This document shows, one piece after another, positions 16,713 to 25,918 of a stretch of 64,000 bases of DNA. Position 1 is the first letter of the stretch, and the number at the start of each line of letters is the position of its first letter. The position numbers and the translations under genes were made by a program. This DNA comes from Patescibacteria group bacterium (GTDB lineage Bacteria > Patescibacteriota > Patescibacteriia > JAHIZJ01), in assembly GCA_028714495.1 (NCBI GenBank), contig JAQTMH010000002.1:75471-139470 (forward strand), written 5' to 3'. The notes under the pieces were generated by a model that saw only the letters and a list, made by a program, of their open reading frames with translations, had not been told where the DNA came from and made no database searches.

Positions 16713-17597
16713 TCAAAACCCAACCAGGTGTATTTCTTCGTGCAGTTCAATACCGTATTTTTCTTTGACCTTCTCTTTGATTAAGGCAATCAATTTAATC
16801 ACCTCGCTCGCTTTAGCTTGGCCGGCGTTAATAATAAAATTTGCGTGGGTTGATGATATTTGAGCATCCCCAATCCGTGTGCCTTTCAAACCCAGCTCAT
16901 CAATCAGCTTGGCCGCCGGATTGCCCGATGGATTTACGAAAACGCAGCCGGCCGAGGGTATCGAATAGTCTTGTTTGGCTGTGCGTTGTTTCGTATATTT
17001 ATCAACCAACGCCAGGCTCTCCACTTTATTTCCTGGTCGCAATTTAAAAGTTGCCGTCAAGATAATGTCATCAGAATGCTTAAATACGCTTTCACGATAA
17101 CCGAAAGCGCATTCTGACTTCGATAATATTGTCCGTCGATTACCAGCTGTTAATACTTCAACCGACTCCACGAATTCTTTCATTTCCGATCCAAAAGCTC
17201 CGGCATTGCCTCGAATCGCGCCGCCGATTGTTCCAGGAATGCCCGAAGCAAATTCAAGGCCGGCCAAACCCTGATTGATAGTCCAAATCACAAACTCTCC
17301 CAAACCCGCTCCGGCAGCAACCGTAACCAGGTTATTATTTTTTGTCCTCTCAGTTGTTTCGACAGAAATTACTAGGCCTTTTATCCCCTTATCCGCTACC
17401 AGAATATTGCTCCCCCTCCCCAGGATAAAGAGAGGCAGTTGAAGCTGACGCGCGGCAATAATCGCTTTTACTAAATCATCTGTTGTCTTGGTCCGATAAA
17501 AAAATTCGGCCGGGCCGCCTATCCGGTAAGTGGTGTGCCGGGACATCGGCTCGTTCTCGATAACGCCAGTTAATTTTTGGGTGATATCAATCGGCAT
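16713..17597 (-). CDS. murB: UDP-N-acetylenolpyruvoylglucosamine reductase
   Basis: HTTYRIGGPA, GRGSNIL, IPGTIGGA..NAGAFG, SAGCVFVNP and HANFIIN. Confidence 0.96.
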   Translation of the reverse strand: MPIDITQKLTGVIENEPMSRHTTYRIGGPAEFFYRTKTTDDLVKAIIAARQLQLPLFILGRGSNILVADKGIKGLVISVETTERTKNNNLVTVAAGAGLGEFVIWTINQGLAGLEFASGIPGTIGGAIRGNAGAFGSEMKEFVESVEVLTAGNRRTILSKSECAFGYRESVFKHSDDIILTATFKLRPGNKVESLALVDKYTKQRTAKQDYSIPSAGCVFVNPSGNPAAKLIDELGLKGTRIGDAQISSTHANFIINAGQAKASEVIKLIALIKEKVKEKYGIELHEEIHLVGF

Positions 17598-17601
17598 TAA
17601 A

Positions 17602-18963
17602 TTATTTTTTTATAACCAGTTCGCGCGCCAGATTGTCAATTGTGCCAGCGCCCATCACTAAAATTAAATCGCGCGGAGATACTATCTTCTTTATTAGGTG
17701 CTTGGCCGCATGGAAGTCCTTGGCGAATTGTGCGTCCCGGCCCGATTTCTTAATCGCCTCGGCTAATTGAAACGAGCTTATGCGCGTGCTTCCGGTTTCT
17801 CGTCCGGCTACGTCATAGATTTCAGTCAAAATAACCTTATCGGCCGAAGCGAAGGCGTGGGCGAATTCATGAAAAAGCTTTTTTGTGCGACTGCGCTGGT
17901 GGGGCTGGAATACCGCAATAATTCTACGGCCGGGATGGGCTTCTCGAGCTGATTCCAGCGTCGCCTTGAGCTCAGTTGGGTGGTGGGCATAATCAGAAAT
18001 AACCAAAGCCCCCTGGAATTTTCCCACCAGCTCAAACCTTCGCCAGACGCCGGTGAAATGAGTCAGACTTTTTTTGATTATCTCCGGCGGAATTCCCAAT
18101 TTATGGGCGCAGGCAATGACCGCCAAGGCGTTTAGGACATTGTGGCGTCCGGCCAAACCCAGCTCGACCTGACCCAGGTGTTTTTCGATAAACACCGCCC
18201 GGCGTCCATAGCGTATTTTCTCGGCTCGGTATTCGCCCTGATTTATACCGTAGGTCACAACCGGAACTTTTATTGTTTTAAGGGCTGATTGAACAATCTG
18301 GTCATCAGCGTTGGCCACAATAAAGCCCTTTCGATCAACATTTTTTAAAAATTGCGTAAAGGTCTCCTGGATATCCCTCAAATCCCGATAGACATCTAAA
18401 TGATCAGGTTCAATGTTGGTTACAATCGCCACCCGAGGCCGGTAATTCAAAAAGGCTCGGCCGTACTCGTCAGCTTCCAGCACGTACGTATCGCTTTTGC
18501 CCAATCTGGCGTTTCCGTCAAATTTAGGTACTAAGCTGCCGACAATGATTGTCGGATCCCAATCAGCCTTGACCAATACCTGGCCCAAAAGCGCCGTCGT
18601 GGTGGTTTTGCCGTGAGTGCCTGAAACTGTAATTAGCTTTTTCCTTCTGGTTAATTCGCCCAGCGCCGCCGGGTAGGACAATAAAGTCAGTTTCCTTTTT
18701 TTCGCTTCCAGCAGTTCGGGATGATCGTTCGGAATAGCCAAGCTGTGGATCACCACTTCAGTCTCTCGGGATATATGCGTCGGTTTGGGCTGGCCGATGT
18801 GAATTTGGATGCCGAGCTGTTTCAAACTTTCGGTCACGGCGCCGCGAACTAGATCTGAGCCGATAACCTTTTTTCCCCGCCAGTGAAGCAGCCGTGCTAA
18901 AGCCGAAAGTCCGATGCCGCCAATGCCGATGCAAAAAATATTTTTTGCCGAATTAAGATTCAT
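17602..18963 (-). CDS. murC: UDP-N-acetylmuramate--L-alanine ligase
   Basis: IGIGGIGLSALA, GTHGKTTT, EADEY, DYAHHPTE and FQPH. Confidence 0.96.
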   Translation of the reverse strand: MNLNSAKNIFCIGIGGIGLSALARLLHWRGKKVIGSDLVRGAVTESLKQLGIQIHIGQPKPTHISRETEVVIHSLAIPNDHPELLEAKKRKLTLLSYPAALGELTRRKKLITVSGTHGKTTTTALLGQVLVKADWDPTIIVGSLVPKFDGNARLGKSDTYVLEADEYGRAFLNYRPRVAIVTNIEPDHLDVYRDLRDIQETFTQFLKNVDRKGFIVANADDQIVQSALKTIKVPVVTYGINQGEYRAEKIRYGRRAVFIEKHLGQVELGLAGRHNVLNALAVIACAHKLGIPPEIIKKSLTHFTGVWRRFELVGKFQGALVISDYAHHPTELKATLESAREAHPGRRIIAVFQPHQRSRTKKLFHEFAHAFASADKVILTEIYDVAGRETGSTRISSFQLAEAIKKSGRDAQFAKDFHAAKHLIKKIVSPRDLILVMGAGTIDNLARELVIKK

Positions 18964-20030
18964 TTTGGTTTCTTGATTAACGACAGAAGCTTGTCGGCCA
19001 GTATTTCTCTGGCTTCAGGTTTGACCAGCTGACGGATGTTCTTGCTCAAAACTCGCCGCCATTCCATGTTTGAAAGAAGACCGTGGATAACATTGACCAA
19101 AAAATCCGGATCAACGGTCGACTGGTCCAACACCACCGCGGCATTGGCTCGCTTAAAAACCGCCGCGTTGGCTTCCTGGTGGGTATCCGGCATCGGTATG
19201 ATTATTGCCGGTAAACCGACGGCCGCAACCTCGGTTAAGCTGCCCAAGCCGGCCCGGCAAAGTACGATATCAGCAACGGCGAAGGCCTCCTTCATCTCGC
19301 CAACTAGAAATTCATAACCGTGATAGCGTTCTTCTTTGATTTTGTACATCATTTTTTCCTTACCAAATAGATGGACGACTTGGCAGAACTTTGTCAGTTT
19401 AAAAATCATTTCCATCATCATTTCATTTATTTTCTGGGCACCGGTTCCGCCGCCAAACACCAGCACTGTGGGTAAACTCGGATCTAGGCCAAAATCTTTT
19501 TGCCCGGCGTCACGACTCCCGGTCAGGAGTTCCTCTCTGATTGGATTCCCCACCCAGATTGTCTTCTCTTTAGGGAAATTCTTCAGGGAAGATTCAAAAG
19601 TTACGGTAATGAGAGTCGCGATTCGCTGGAGCATTTTATTGGCCAAACTCGGAATTACATCCTGCTGGTGGATAAGCGCGGGTATATGCAGAAACCAGGC
19701 CGCCCAGACTACCGGTACGCTGACAAAACTGCCAGCCGCCAAAATCACCTCGGGTCGGTACTCTTTAAGTATTTTCAACGACTGAAAAAAACCGGCCAAA
19801 ACCCGAAATGGATCTATAAAGTTTCTCCAGGAAAAATAGCGCCTCAGCTTCCCCGCTGAAATTGCCTGAAAACCTATCCCTTTCTCCCTGACTAAATTAC
19901 CCTCTGGACCATACTGCGTTCCAATAAACAAAAAATCCGCTTCTGGATATTTCTCACTAATTTCATCGGCGACGGCCAGGAGTGGCGTGGCTGAGCCACC
20001 GGTTCCGCCGCCGGCAAAAATGATTTTCAT
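18960..20030 (-). CDS. murG: Undecaprenyl-PP-MurNAc-pentapeptide GlcNAc transferase
   Basis: GGGTGG, GKLRRY, VGNPIR, FGGGTGA, RAG and HQEANA. Confidence 0.95.
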   Translation of the reverse strand: MKIIFAGGGTGGSATPLLAVADEISEKYPEADFLFIGTQYGPEGNLVREKGIGFQAISAGKLRRYFSWRNFIDPFRVLAGFFQSLKILKEYRPEVILAAGSFVSVPVVWAAWFLHIPALIHQQDVIPSLANKMLQRIATLITVTFESSLKNFPKEKTIWVGNPIREELLTGSRDAGQKDFGLDPSLPTVLVFGGGTGAQKINEMMMEMIFKLTKFCQVVHLFGKEKMMYKIKEERYHGYEFLVGEMKEAFAVADIVLCRAGLGSLTEVAAVGLPAIIIPMPDTHQEANAAVFKRANAAVVLDQSTVDPDFLVNVIHGLLSNMEWRRVLSKNIRQLVKPEAREILADKLLSLIKKPK

Positions 20031-20069
20031 AATTCAAATATACTAAAAAGGTGGATTTTTTAAAGTTAT

Positions 20070-21218
20070 TTATCGTTTTCGAGAGGTAGAAACGACCGCC
20101 TGGCCTTGTCTTGAGATATTAACCAAAACTCCCATCGCCGTCAATGAAGTCACTATCGCCGTGCTGCCGTGGCTAATGAACGGCAAGGGAATGCCGGAGA
20201 TAGGCACAATTCCAACCATGGCGGCGATATTAAAGAATGCTTGGAAAGAAATCCAGGTAACTATGCCAATCGCCACGTATTTACCAAAGGCATCCGGCGC
20301 CTGCCGGGCAATTTTAAATCCGCGAATCATCAGTACCACAAACAACACAATTAAGAAAAGGCAAAAGATGAATCCAAGTTCCTCGGCAATCACCGCGAAA
20401 ATCGAATCCCCCGCGGCCTCCGGCAAATAATTATACTTCTGGCGCGAATGCCCCAAGCCTAAGCCAAAGAGCCCGCCCGACCCAATAGCCAAAAGCGCCT
20501 GATTGATATGATAGCCGATGCCCTGGGGATCCACTTCGGGATGGAGAAAAACCGTAAAACGGGCGGCGCGATAGGGCGCGATTTTTATCAGCAACAGAAA
20601 CAATCCGACGCTGGCACCGCCAAGCCAGGTTACATGAACCAAATTGGCTCCGGCGATAAAAAAAACCGTTACCGCCATAAAGCATAAAACAAGCATCGTA
20701 CTGAAATCTGGCTCAAGGATGATCAGACCGGCCACCAATCCCAACAAAACCAAAAACGGCAAAAAGCCATATGAGAAACTCTTCAAGCCCTCTCCTCTTT
20801 TTTGCAGCCAAGTGGCTAAATAGAAAAGAAAAGTCAATTTTGCCAGCTCAGCCGGCTGTAAAGTAAAGCCTCCCAGATTTATCCAGCGATTGGCGCCCTT
20901 CAAGCCCAGTCCAAGGCCGGGAATGAAAACAACAATCAGCAACCCGATCGTAATAATGAGCAAAGGAAAGGCCAGTTTTTCCCAGAGATGATAATCCAGC
21001 CTTGCCGCCAGCCAAAAACCAAAGGCGCCGATCAATACGCCGTAAACCAACTGATGCTTGAGGTAGTAATTGCTGTCGCCAAACCGTTCATATCCGATAA
21101 CGGTGCTAGCCGAAGAAAGTAAAATAATCCCCAAAAAAACAATCAACGCCAAAACAGCTATGAGAATATAGTCTGGAGCGTGATAGCGACTATTAGTCCT
21201 GTTTTGGGTGGGACGCAT
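20070..21218 (-). CDS. ftsW: SEDS peptidoglycan polymerase FtsW
   Basis: GANRWI, QPAELAK, YLPEAAGDSIFAVIAEELG and GIPLPFISHG. Confidence 0.95.
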   Translation of the reverse strand: MRPTQNRTNSRYHAPDYILIAVLALIVFLGIILLSSASTVIGYERFGDSNYYLKHQLVYGVLIGAFGFWLAARLDYHLWEKLAFPLLIITIGLLIVVFIPGLGLGLKGANRWINLGGFTLQPAELAKLTFLFYLATWLQKRGEGLKSFSYGFLPFLVLLGLVAGLIILEPDFSTMLVLCFMAVTVFFIAGANLVHVTWLGGASVGLFLLLIKIAPYRAARFTVFLHPEVDPQGIGYHINQALLAIGSGGLFGLGLGHSRQKYNYLPEAAGDSIFAVIAEELGFIFCLFLIVLFVVLMIRGFKIARQAPDAFGKYVAIGIVTWISFQAFFNIAAMVGIVPISGIPLPFISHGSTAIVTSLTAMGVLVNISRQGQAVVSTSRKR

Positions 21219-21219
21219 T

Positions 21220-22605
21220 CTACGTTAAGTCTTTTACCGCTTGAAGATATTTTTCTCCGCGGTCAAATTCATTGTTAAATAAATTGAAACTGGCCGCGGC
21301 CGGCGAAAGCAACACCGTATCGCCGGGTTCAGCCAATTGGAAGGCCTTTCGCACGGCCAGGTTCATGTTTTTGGCTAGATGGACAGGCGTTTTTTTAACG
21401 GCTTGGCGGATTTTTTTAGAGGCTGTGCCAGGTAAAAGCACCAGTGACTTGGCCAGGCGATCAATCAAACGCCCTAGCTCGCGATAATCCAACCCCTTGT
21501 CCTGCCCGCCGGCGATTAATATTATCTGTCGGCCGGGGCTAAGAGCTTTCAAAGCGGCCAGCGTGGCAATCGGCGCCGTGGCGGTTGTGTCATTTACAAA
21601 AGTCACGCCTTTAAATCTTCGCGCTGTCTCAAGCCTGCTGCCCACGCTTTTGAATCGCCGAATGCTCGCGCTGATGATCTGATCCGGAACCTTGAGCGAC
21701 CGGGTTAAAGCCACGGCCGCCAAAACATTTTCCAGATTATGCTCGCCCAGCAAATGAACTCCTGAAACTGGCAATATCGGCTGAAACTTCTTGGTTGTAC
21801 CAAAAACAATATTACCCTCATTAACAAACGCCCCTCGCGCGGCCGGACTGGTAAACGGCCTTTTGGAAAACCAAATAACCTGGCTCCTGGCTTGGTTGCT
21901 CAGCTTGCGCGTTATCCGATTGTCATAGTTTAAAACAATCAGATCTCCGGGTTTCTGAAAGCGAAAGATAATTCCCTTAGCCTGGGCATAAGCATTGAAC
22001 GAAGAATACCGATTGAGGTGGTCAGGCAATACGTTGGTAATTAAAGCGTATCTGGGGCTTACCTTGCGCCTAACCAATCCCTCAAGCTGCCAGGAAGAAA
22101 GTTCTAATACGACTTTTGTATTCTTGTCGATCTTGGGCAGAATATCGAGCATGGCCGCGGTCCGGATATTGCCGGCCACAATCGTTCTGGGAAAAAACTT
22201 TTTTAATATTTCACCGACTAAAGTGGTAACTGTACTTTTGCCCTTGGTTCCGGTAATGCCGATCACCGGCACTTTCACCAGCTCAAAAAATATTCCGGCC
22301 TCGTTTTCAATCGGTACTCCGGCCTTCCTGGCTAACTTTAAATAAGGCGAATCATTCGGCACGCCCGGGTTTTGGACGACTAAATCAGTCTCTCGAAAAT
22401 CCTCTACCCGGTGCCGGCCCAGGACGTATTTAATCGGCCACCCCTTAAGCTTTTCCAGAGACGGCATTAAAACAACTTCCGATCGCAAATCAGTAGCCGT
22501 AACCTTAGCTCCAGCCCTGGCAAAAAACCTGGTTACCGCCACTCCCCCGCCGTGCAAGCCCAGGCCCATGACTGTTACCTTTTTATCTTTCCAATTGAGT
22601 TTCAT
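21220..22605 (-). CDS. murD: UDP-MurNAc-L-Ala--D-glutamate ligase
   Basis: ITGTKGKST, ELSSWQL, DHLNRY, GGQDKG and LLSPAAASF. Confidence 0.95.
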   Translation of the reverse strand: MKLNWKDKKVTVMGLGLHGGGVAVTRFFARAGAKVTATDLRSEVVLMPSLEKLKGWPIKYVLGRHRVEDFRETDLVVQNPGVPNDSPYLKLARKAGVPIENEAGIFFELVKVPVIGITGTKGKSTVTTLVGEILKKFFPRTIVAGNIRTAAMLDILPKIDKNTKVVLELSSWQLEGLVRRKVSPRYALITNVLPDHLNRYSSFNAYAQAKGIIFRFQKPGDLIVLNYDNRITRKLSNQARSQVIWFSKRPFTSPAARGAFVNEGNIVFGTTKKFQPILPVSGVHLLGEHNLENVLAAVALTRSLKVPDQIISASIRRFKSVGSRLETARRFKGVTFVNDTTATAPIATLAALKALSPGRQIILIAGGQDKGLDYRELGRLIDRLAKSLVLLPGTASKKIRQAVKKTPVHLAKNMNLAVRKAFQLAEPGDTVLLSPAAASFNLFNNEFDRGEKYLQAVKDLT

Positions 22606-22671
22606 CTCTATGATTATAGCCTAATTCGATAAAAAAATAAACTGTTTTGAGAATAAATACAAAATTCTGGT

Positions 22672-23170
22672 TTATATTATTTCATAGATTAATTTTTCGT
22701 TGATATAAAGGTATGGATATTTTTCACCCTCTTTCACTAGGCCATGCTTCACAGGGTTGATACGCAAATATTCAACGTGACGGTTAAAATCTTCTTCGTC
22801 GCGAATAATGTGGTCGTGGAAAGAAGATTGCCAAATTCCTCCCTGCAGGCGAGGATGGCCATCCTCGCCTACGAGTTTCCGTGATATCAGCGTGCGAATG
22901 TTTCGCGACGAGTGTCTTTTTAAATAATGCATGAAATCCGATATTGTATATTTCCCAAAAGGTTGTACTAACAAATGTACGTGATCGGGTATTACTACAT
23001 AACCAAAAAATATTGCATCTCTTATATATTCGCGCCATACGAATAACCTCAATTAAATACTCCACCAATATTAGATTCCTAAAATATGGGTAATTTTCTT
23101 TTGTCTTTGTGGTCACAAAATATATCGCGTTTTCTAGGTAATATCGTTTTTGGCTGTTTTTGTATAACAT
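22672..23170 (-). pseudogene. REP-associated tyrosine transposase (RAYT, Y1 HUH family) with a 1-nt frameshift in a T6 run
   Basis: YFVTTKT in one frame; PDHVHLL (HUH), WQSSFHDHIIR and YLRINPVKHG in another; removing one A at 23005-23010 joins them. Confidence 0.85.
22845..22872 (-). repeat. GTAG-type REP palindrome inside the RAYT coding sequence
   Basis: GTAGGCGAGGATGGCCATCCTCGCCTGC, containing a perfect 24-bp palindrome at 22847-22870. Confidence 0.75.
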
Positions 23171-23260
23171 AAAACAGGGTGGAGTCTCCCTGCTGTATAT
23201 TCAGAGTACATACTTTTTTATGGAGTGGCAAGACGTGAATAGCCCGTCGAGTGTCTTCAG

Positions 23261-23752
23261 CTAGACATTAACTAACTGCTGCTGAATTTCCGAAAGCGGG
23301 CTCTCCATATCCAGAGTGATGTACTCCAGGCCCGCACTTTTCAATTGCTTTATATGCTCATCTGGAAAATCCCGCTGAAGCCGGCGCTCCATCGCCTCCA
23401 TGTCATCGCCCCGAGCCCGAATCTTTATCCGCGCGCGGCAGGTCTCAACTGAGGCAGTGCATAGATAAACTCGAACTTCAAATTGCTGGCTTAGTTTTTT
23501 CAGTTCCTTGATATTAAACTCGGCGTGGTTTGTTCCCAGCTCTAGAATAACTAAAGCGTCATTTAATGACTCTAAATGACGATACATATCTTGATAGGCG
23601 TTTAGAGTTTTTTCTTCCGGAACTCGGCCATTCACTTTATACGACCAGACATAGGGCTGGACATCGATGATTTTCTGGTCTGGAAAAACCTTGTTTATTA
23701 ATGTTGTTTTGCCTACCCCAGGCTTTCCAATAAAAACCAATAGCTTTTTCAT
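23261..23752 (-). CDS. P-loop nucleotide kinase-like protein
   Basis: GKPGVGKTT, a LID-like CRARIKIRAR, 163 aa. Confidence 0.75.
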   Translation of the reverse strand: MKKLLVFIGKPGVGKTTLINKVFPDQKIIDVQPYVWSYKVNGRVPEEKTLNAYQDMYRHLESLNDALVILELGTNHAEFNIKELKKLSQQFEVRVYLCTASVETCRARIKIRARGDDMEAMERRLQRDFPDEHIKQLKSAGLEYITLDMESPLSEIQQQLVNV

Positions 23753-24471
23753 TTTATAAACTTTGGTTTGTAATAAATCTTATGCGTCTTCATCACATAG
23801 TCGGACCAGCGGCGACGGATTGTCTGCTCTATCTTGAATCGTTTATCCAGACGCTTTCTTTCCCCCGCCGCCTTATAACCGCTGATTGTCGCCTTAATGT
23901 CTTTTAGATAGAACCAGCGGAAGCCCGCCAGGTATGCGCGACGACAATAGTCTGCGTCTTCACTGCGACAGCTTTTATCAAAGAAATAGCCGACCTTATA
24001 AAAAACCTTTTTGGAAAAAGAGAAAAAACAGCCAGCCAGGTTCCAAAACGGCCGGGGGTCGAGGTAATGCCGGCCGTTTTTCACAAACGGGTAACCGGTC
24101 ATATAGGTGTAGGCTCCGAGAATAACTTGGTTGTTCCAGTCACGATGAGCCTGTCTTAAAATATTAGGCCAATTCTTGGTTTTAACCGTCACATCATTGT
24201 CGATAATCGTGTAATAATCCATCCTGGGAAATTTCTTCAGGACTAGATTAAGGCATCGTGGTTTGCCGAGATTTTTATTGTTCCGGATGAGAACAACTTC
24301 CGGGTGTTTGTCTTCGAATCTTTGAAGATATACCTTTGTTGATATTGAACTTGCGTCGTCAATAACACACAATATATTCTTTTTTAAATCAGTTGTGGCA
24401 ACTAAAGATTCCAGACAACGCTTGGTTAAACCTGGCTTATTGAATACTGTAACGATAATGCAGTGTTTCAT
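23749..24471 (-). CDS. Family 2 glycosyltransferase
   Basis: IIVTVFN, VIDDAS, NLG, IDND and EDADYCRR. Confidence 0.88.
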   Translation of the reverse strand: MKHCIIVTVFNKPGLTKRCLESLVATTDLKKNILCVIDDASSISTKVYLQRFEDKHPEVVLIRNNKNLGKPRCLNLVLKKFPRMDYYTIIDNDVTVKTKNWPNILRQAHRDWNNQVILGAYTYMTGYPFVKNGRHYLDPRPFWNLAGCFFSFSKKVFYKVGYFFDKSCRSEDADYCRRAYLAGFRWFYLKDIKATISGYKAAGERKRLDKRFKIEQTIRRRWSDYVMKTHKIYYKPKFIK

Positions 24472-24482
24472 TTATACCAAAC

Positions 24483-25535
24483 CTACGTCTTATCAATCAA
24501 AACGATTATTAAACCCAATCCCGAAGTCACGGCCGCGATAATCCAGAAACGCATGACAATCTTTGTCTCAGGCCAGCCAGTCGCTTCCAGGTGATGGTGG
24601 ACCGGGGCTGACAGAAACACCTTCCGCTTAAAGAATTTCCTGGAAAAAAGCTGAATAATCACCGAGAGCGACTCAATCACGAAAAGCAAGCCGATAATCG
24701 GCAACAGTAAGGCGGTATTCGTCAGCATTGCCACAATGCCCAAAGTGGTGCCGAGGGCCATGGCTCCTGTGTCGCCCATGAAAAATCTGGCTGGCGGAAT
24801 ATTGAACCATAAAAAAGCCAGCAGCGCGCCCGCGATCACCCCGCAAAAAGCAGATAGATTGTAATCGCCCTGGGCAAAGGCGATCGCGCCGTAAACTCCA
24901 AATGCGGCCAACAGCGTTCCCCCGGCCAGGCCGTCAAGCCCGTCGATTTCGTTCACGGAAAACGAGGTCGCCACTATCACAAAAATAAAAATCGGGATAT
25001 ACCACCAGCCGATCTGAAAACTTCCCAGGAACGGAACGTGCAAGACATCCCAATCCAGCTTGAAATAAAACCAGTAAGCTCCGACTATGGCAATCAGGGT
25101 ATAGATTAAAAGCCGATGGCGGATCTTAAAGCCGCCTCCATACGGTCCGAGTCCTTTGACGTTCAAAAAATCATCAATCAAACCGACTATCGCCGTGGCG
25201 ACCAAGGCGCCCAGCGGTAAAAGAGTTTCGGAGCGCGTTAGAAAGTTGAACTTTCGCAATAATTCGATATCGAATATTTTCCCCAGGTAAAAAAACAATA
25301 GGGCCAGAACCAGCGTCGTTCCCCAGATCAAAACTCCGCCCATAGTCGGCGTGCCTGATTTCTTCCGGTGAAGCGCGGAAAAAACCGGCGCGCTTTTGTC
25401 GTCTCGAATCTGCTTGCCAAGTTTGTACTTGTATAAAAAATGGGTCAGGGCCGGCGTCCAGAAGATAGTCACGACAAAAGACAAAACTGTCAGTACAAAA
25501 ATTTTGATAATGTGAAAATCTACTGTGAAATGCAT
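24483..25535 (-). CDS. mraY: Phospho-N-acetylmuramoyl-pentapeptide transferase
   Basis: KSGTPTMGG, GLIDD, NEIDGLDGL, FMGDTG and APVHHH. Confidence 0.97.
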   Translation of the reverse strand: MHFTVDFHIIKIFVLTVLSFVVTIFWTPALTHFLYKYKLGKQIRDDKSAPVFSALHRKKSGTPTMGGVLIWGTTLVLALLFFYLGKIFDIELLRKFNFLTRSETLLPLGALVATAIVGLIDDFLNVKGLGPYGGGFKIRHRLLIYTLIAIVGAYWFYFKLDWDVLHVPFLGSFQIGWWYIPIFIFVIVATSFSVNEIDGLDGLAGGTLLAAFGVYGAIAFAQGDYNLSAFCGVIAGALLAFLWFNIPPARFFMGDTGAMALGTTLGIVAMLTNTALLLPIIGLLFVIESLSVIIQLFSRKFFKRKVFLSAPVHHHLEATGWPETKIVMRFWIIAAVTSGLGLIIVLIDKT

Positions 25536-25538
25536 ATC

Positions 25539-25907
25539 TTAAACGATTAATTCACGGACAATCAAATAGCCGGCGCCAAGCAATATCAGCTCGCTTAGAC
25601 ACAGTCCAATTATTAAAATATGACTGAACATTTTTACCCTCTTATACATTATAAGCGATAGGCCAAAATTGATAAAGAAAAACGCCAGCCCGGAGAGCGG
25701 AATCAGCAGAATTTTGTACCAGGGCCCGAATAGATCAATGCCAAAATAAATGTTATAATGAAGGGGTACGTAATCCGTTTGACCATGAAATTTTGTGTAA
25801 AGCAACCACCACAGCCCAGCGTCAATTAGCAATGAAACGGCTAGTGGTACTGAAATTATCGGGTCTTTGAAAAAAGATTTTAGGCGAATTATCTTATCAT
25901 TATCCAT
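25539..25907 (-). CDS. Hypothetical membrane protein (3 TMs)
   Basis: VPLHYNIYFGID between TMs; directly upstream of mraY. Confidence 0.75.
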   Translation of the reverse strand: MDNDKIIRLKSFFKDPIISVPLAVSLLIDAGLWWLLYTKFHGQTDYVPLHYNIYFGIDLFGPWYKILLIPLSGLAFFFINFGLSLIMYKRVKMFSHILIIGLCLSELILLGAGYLIVRELIV

Positions 25908-25918
25908 ATTCGAACTTT

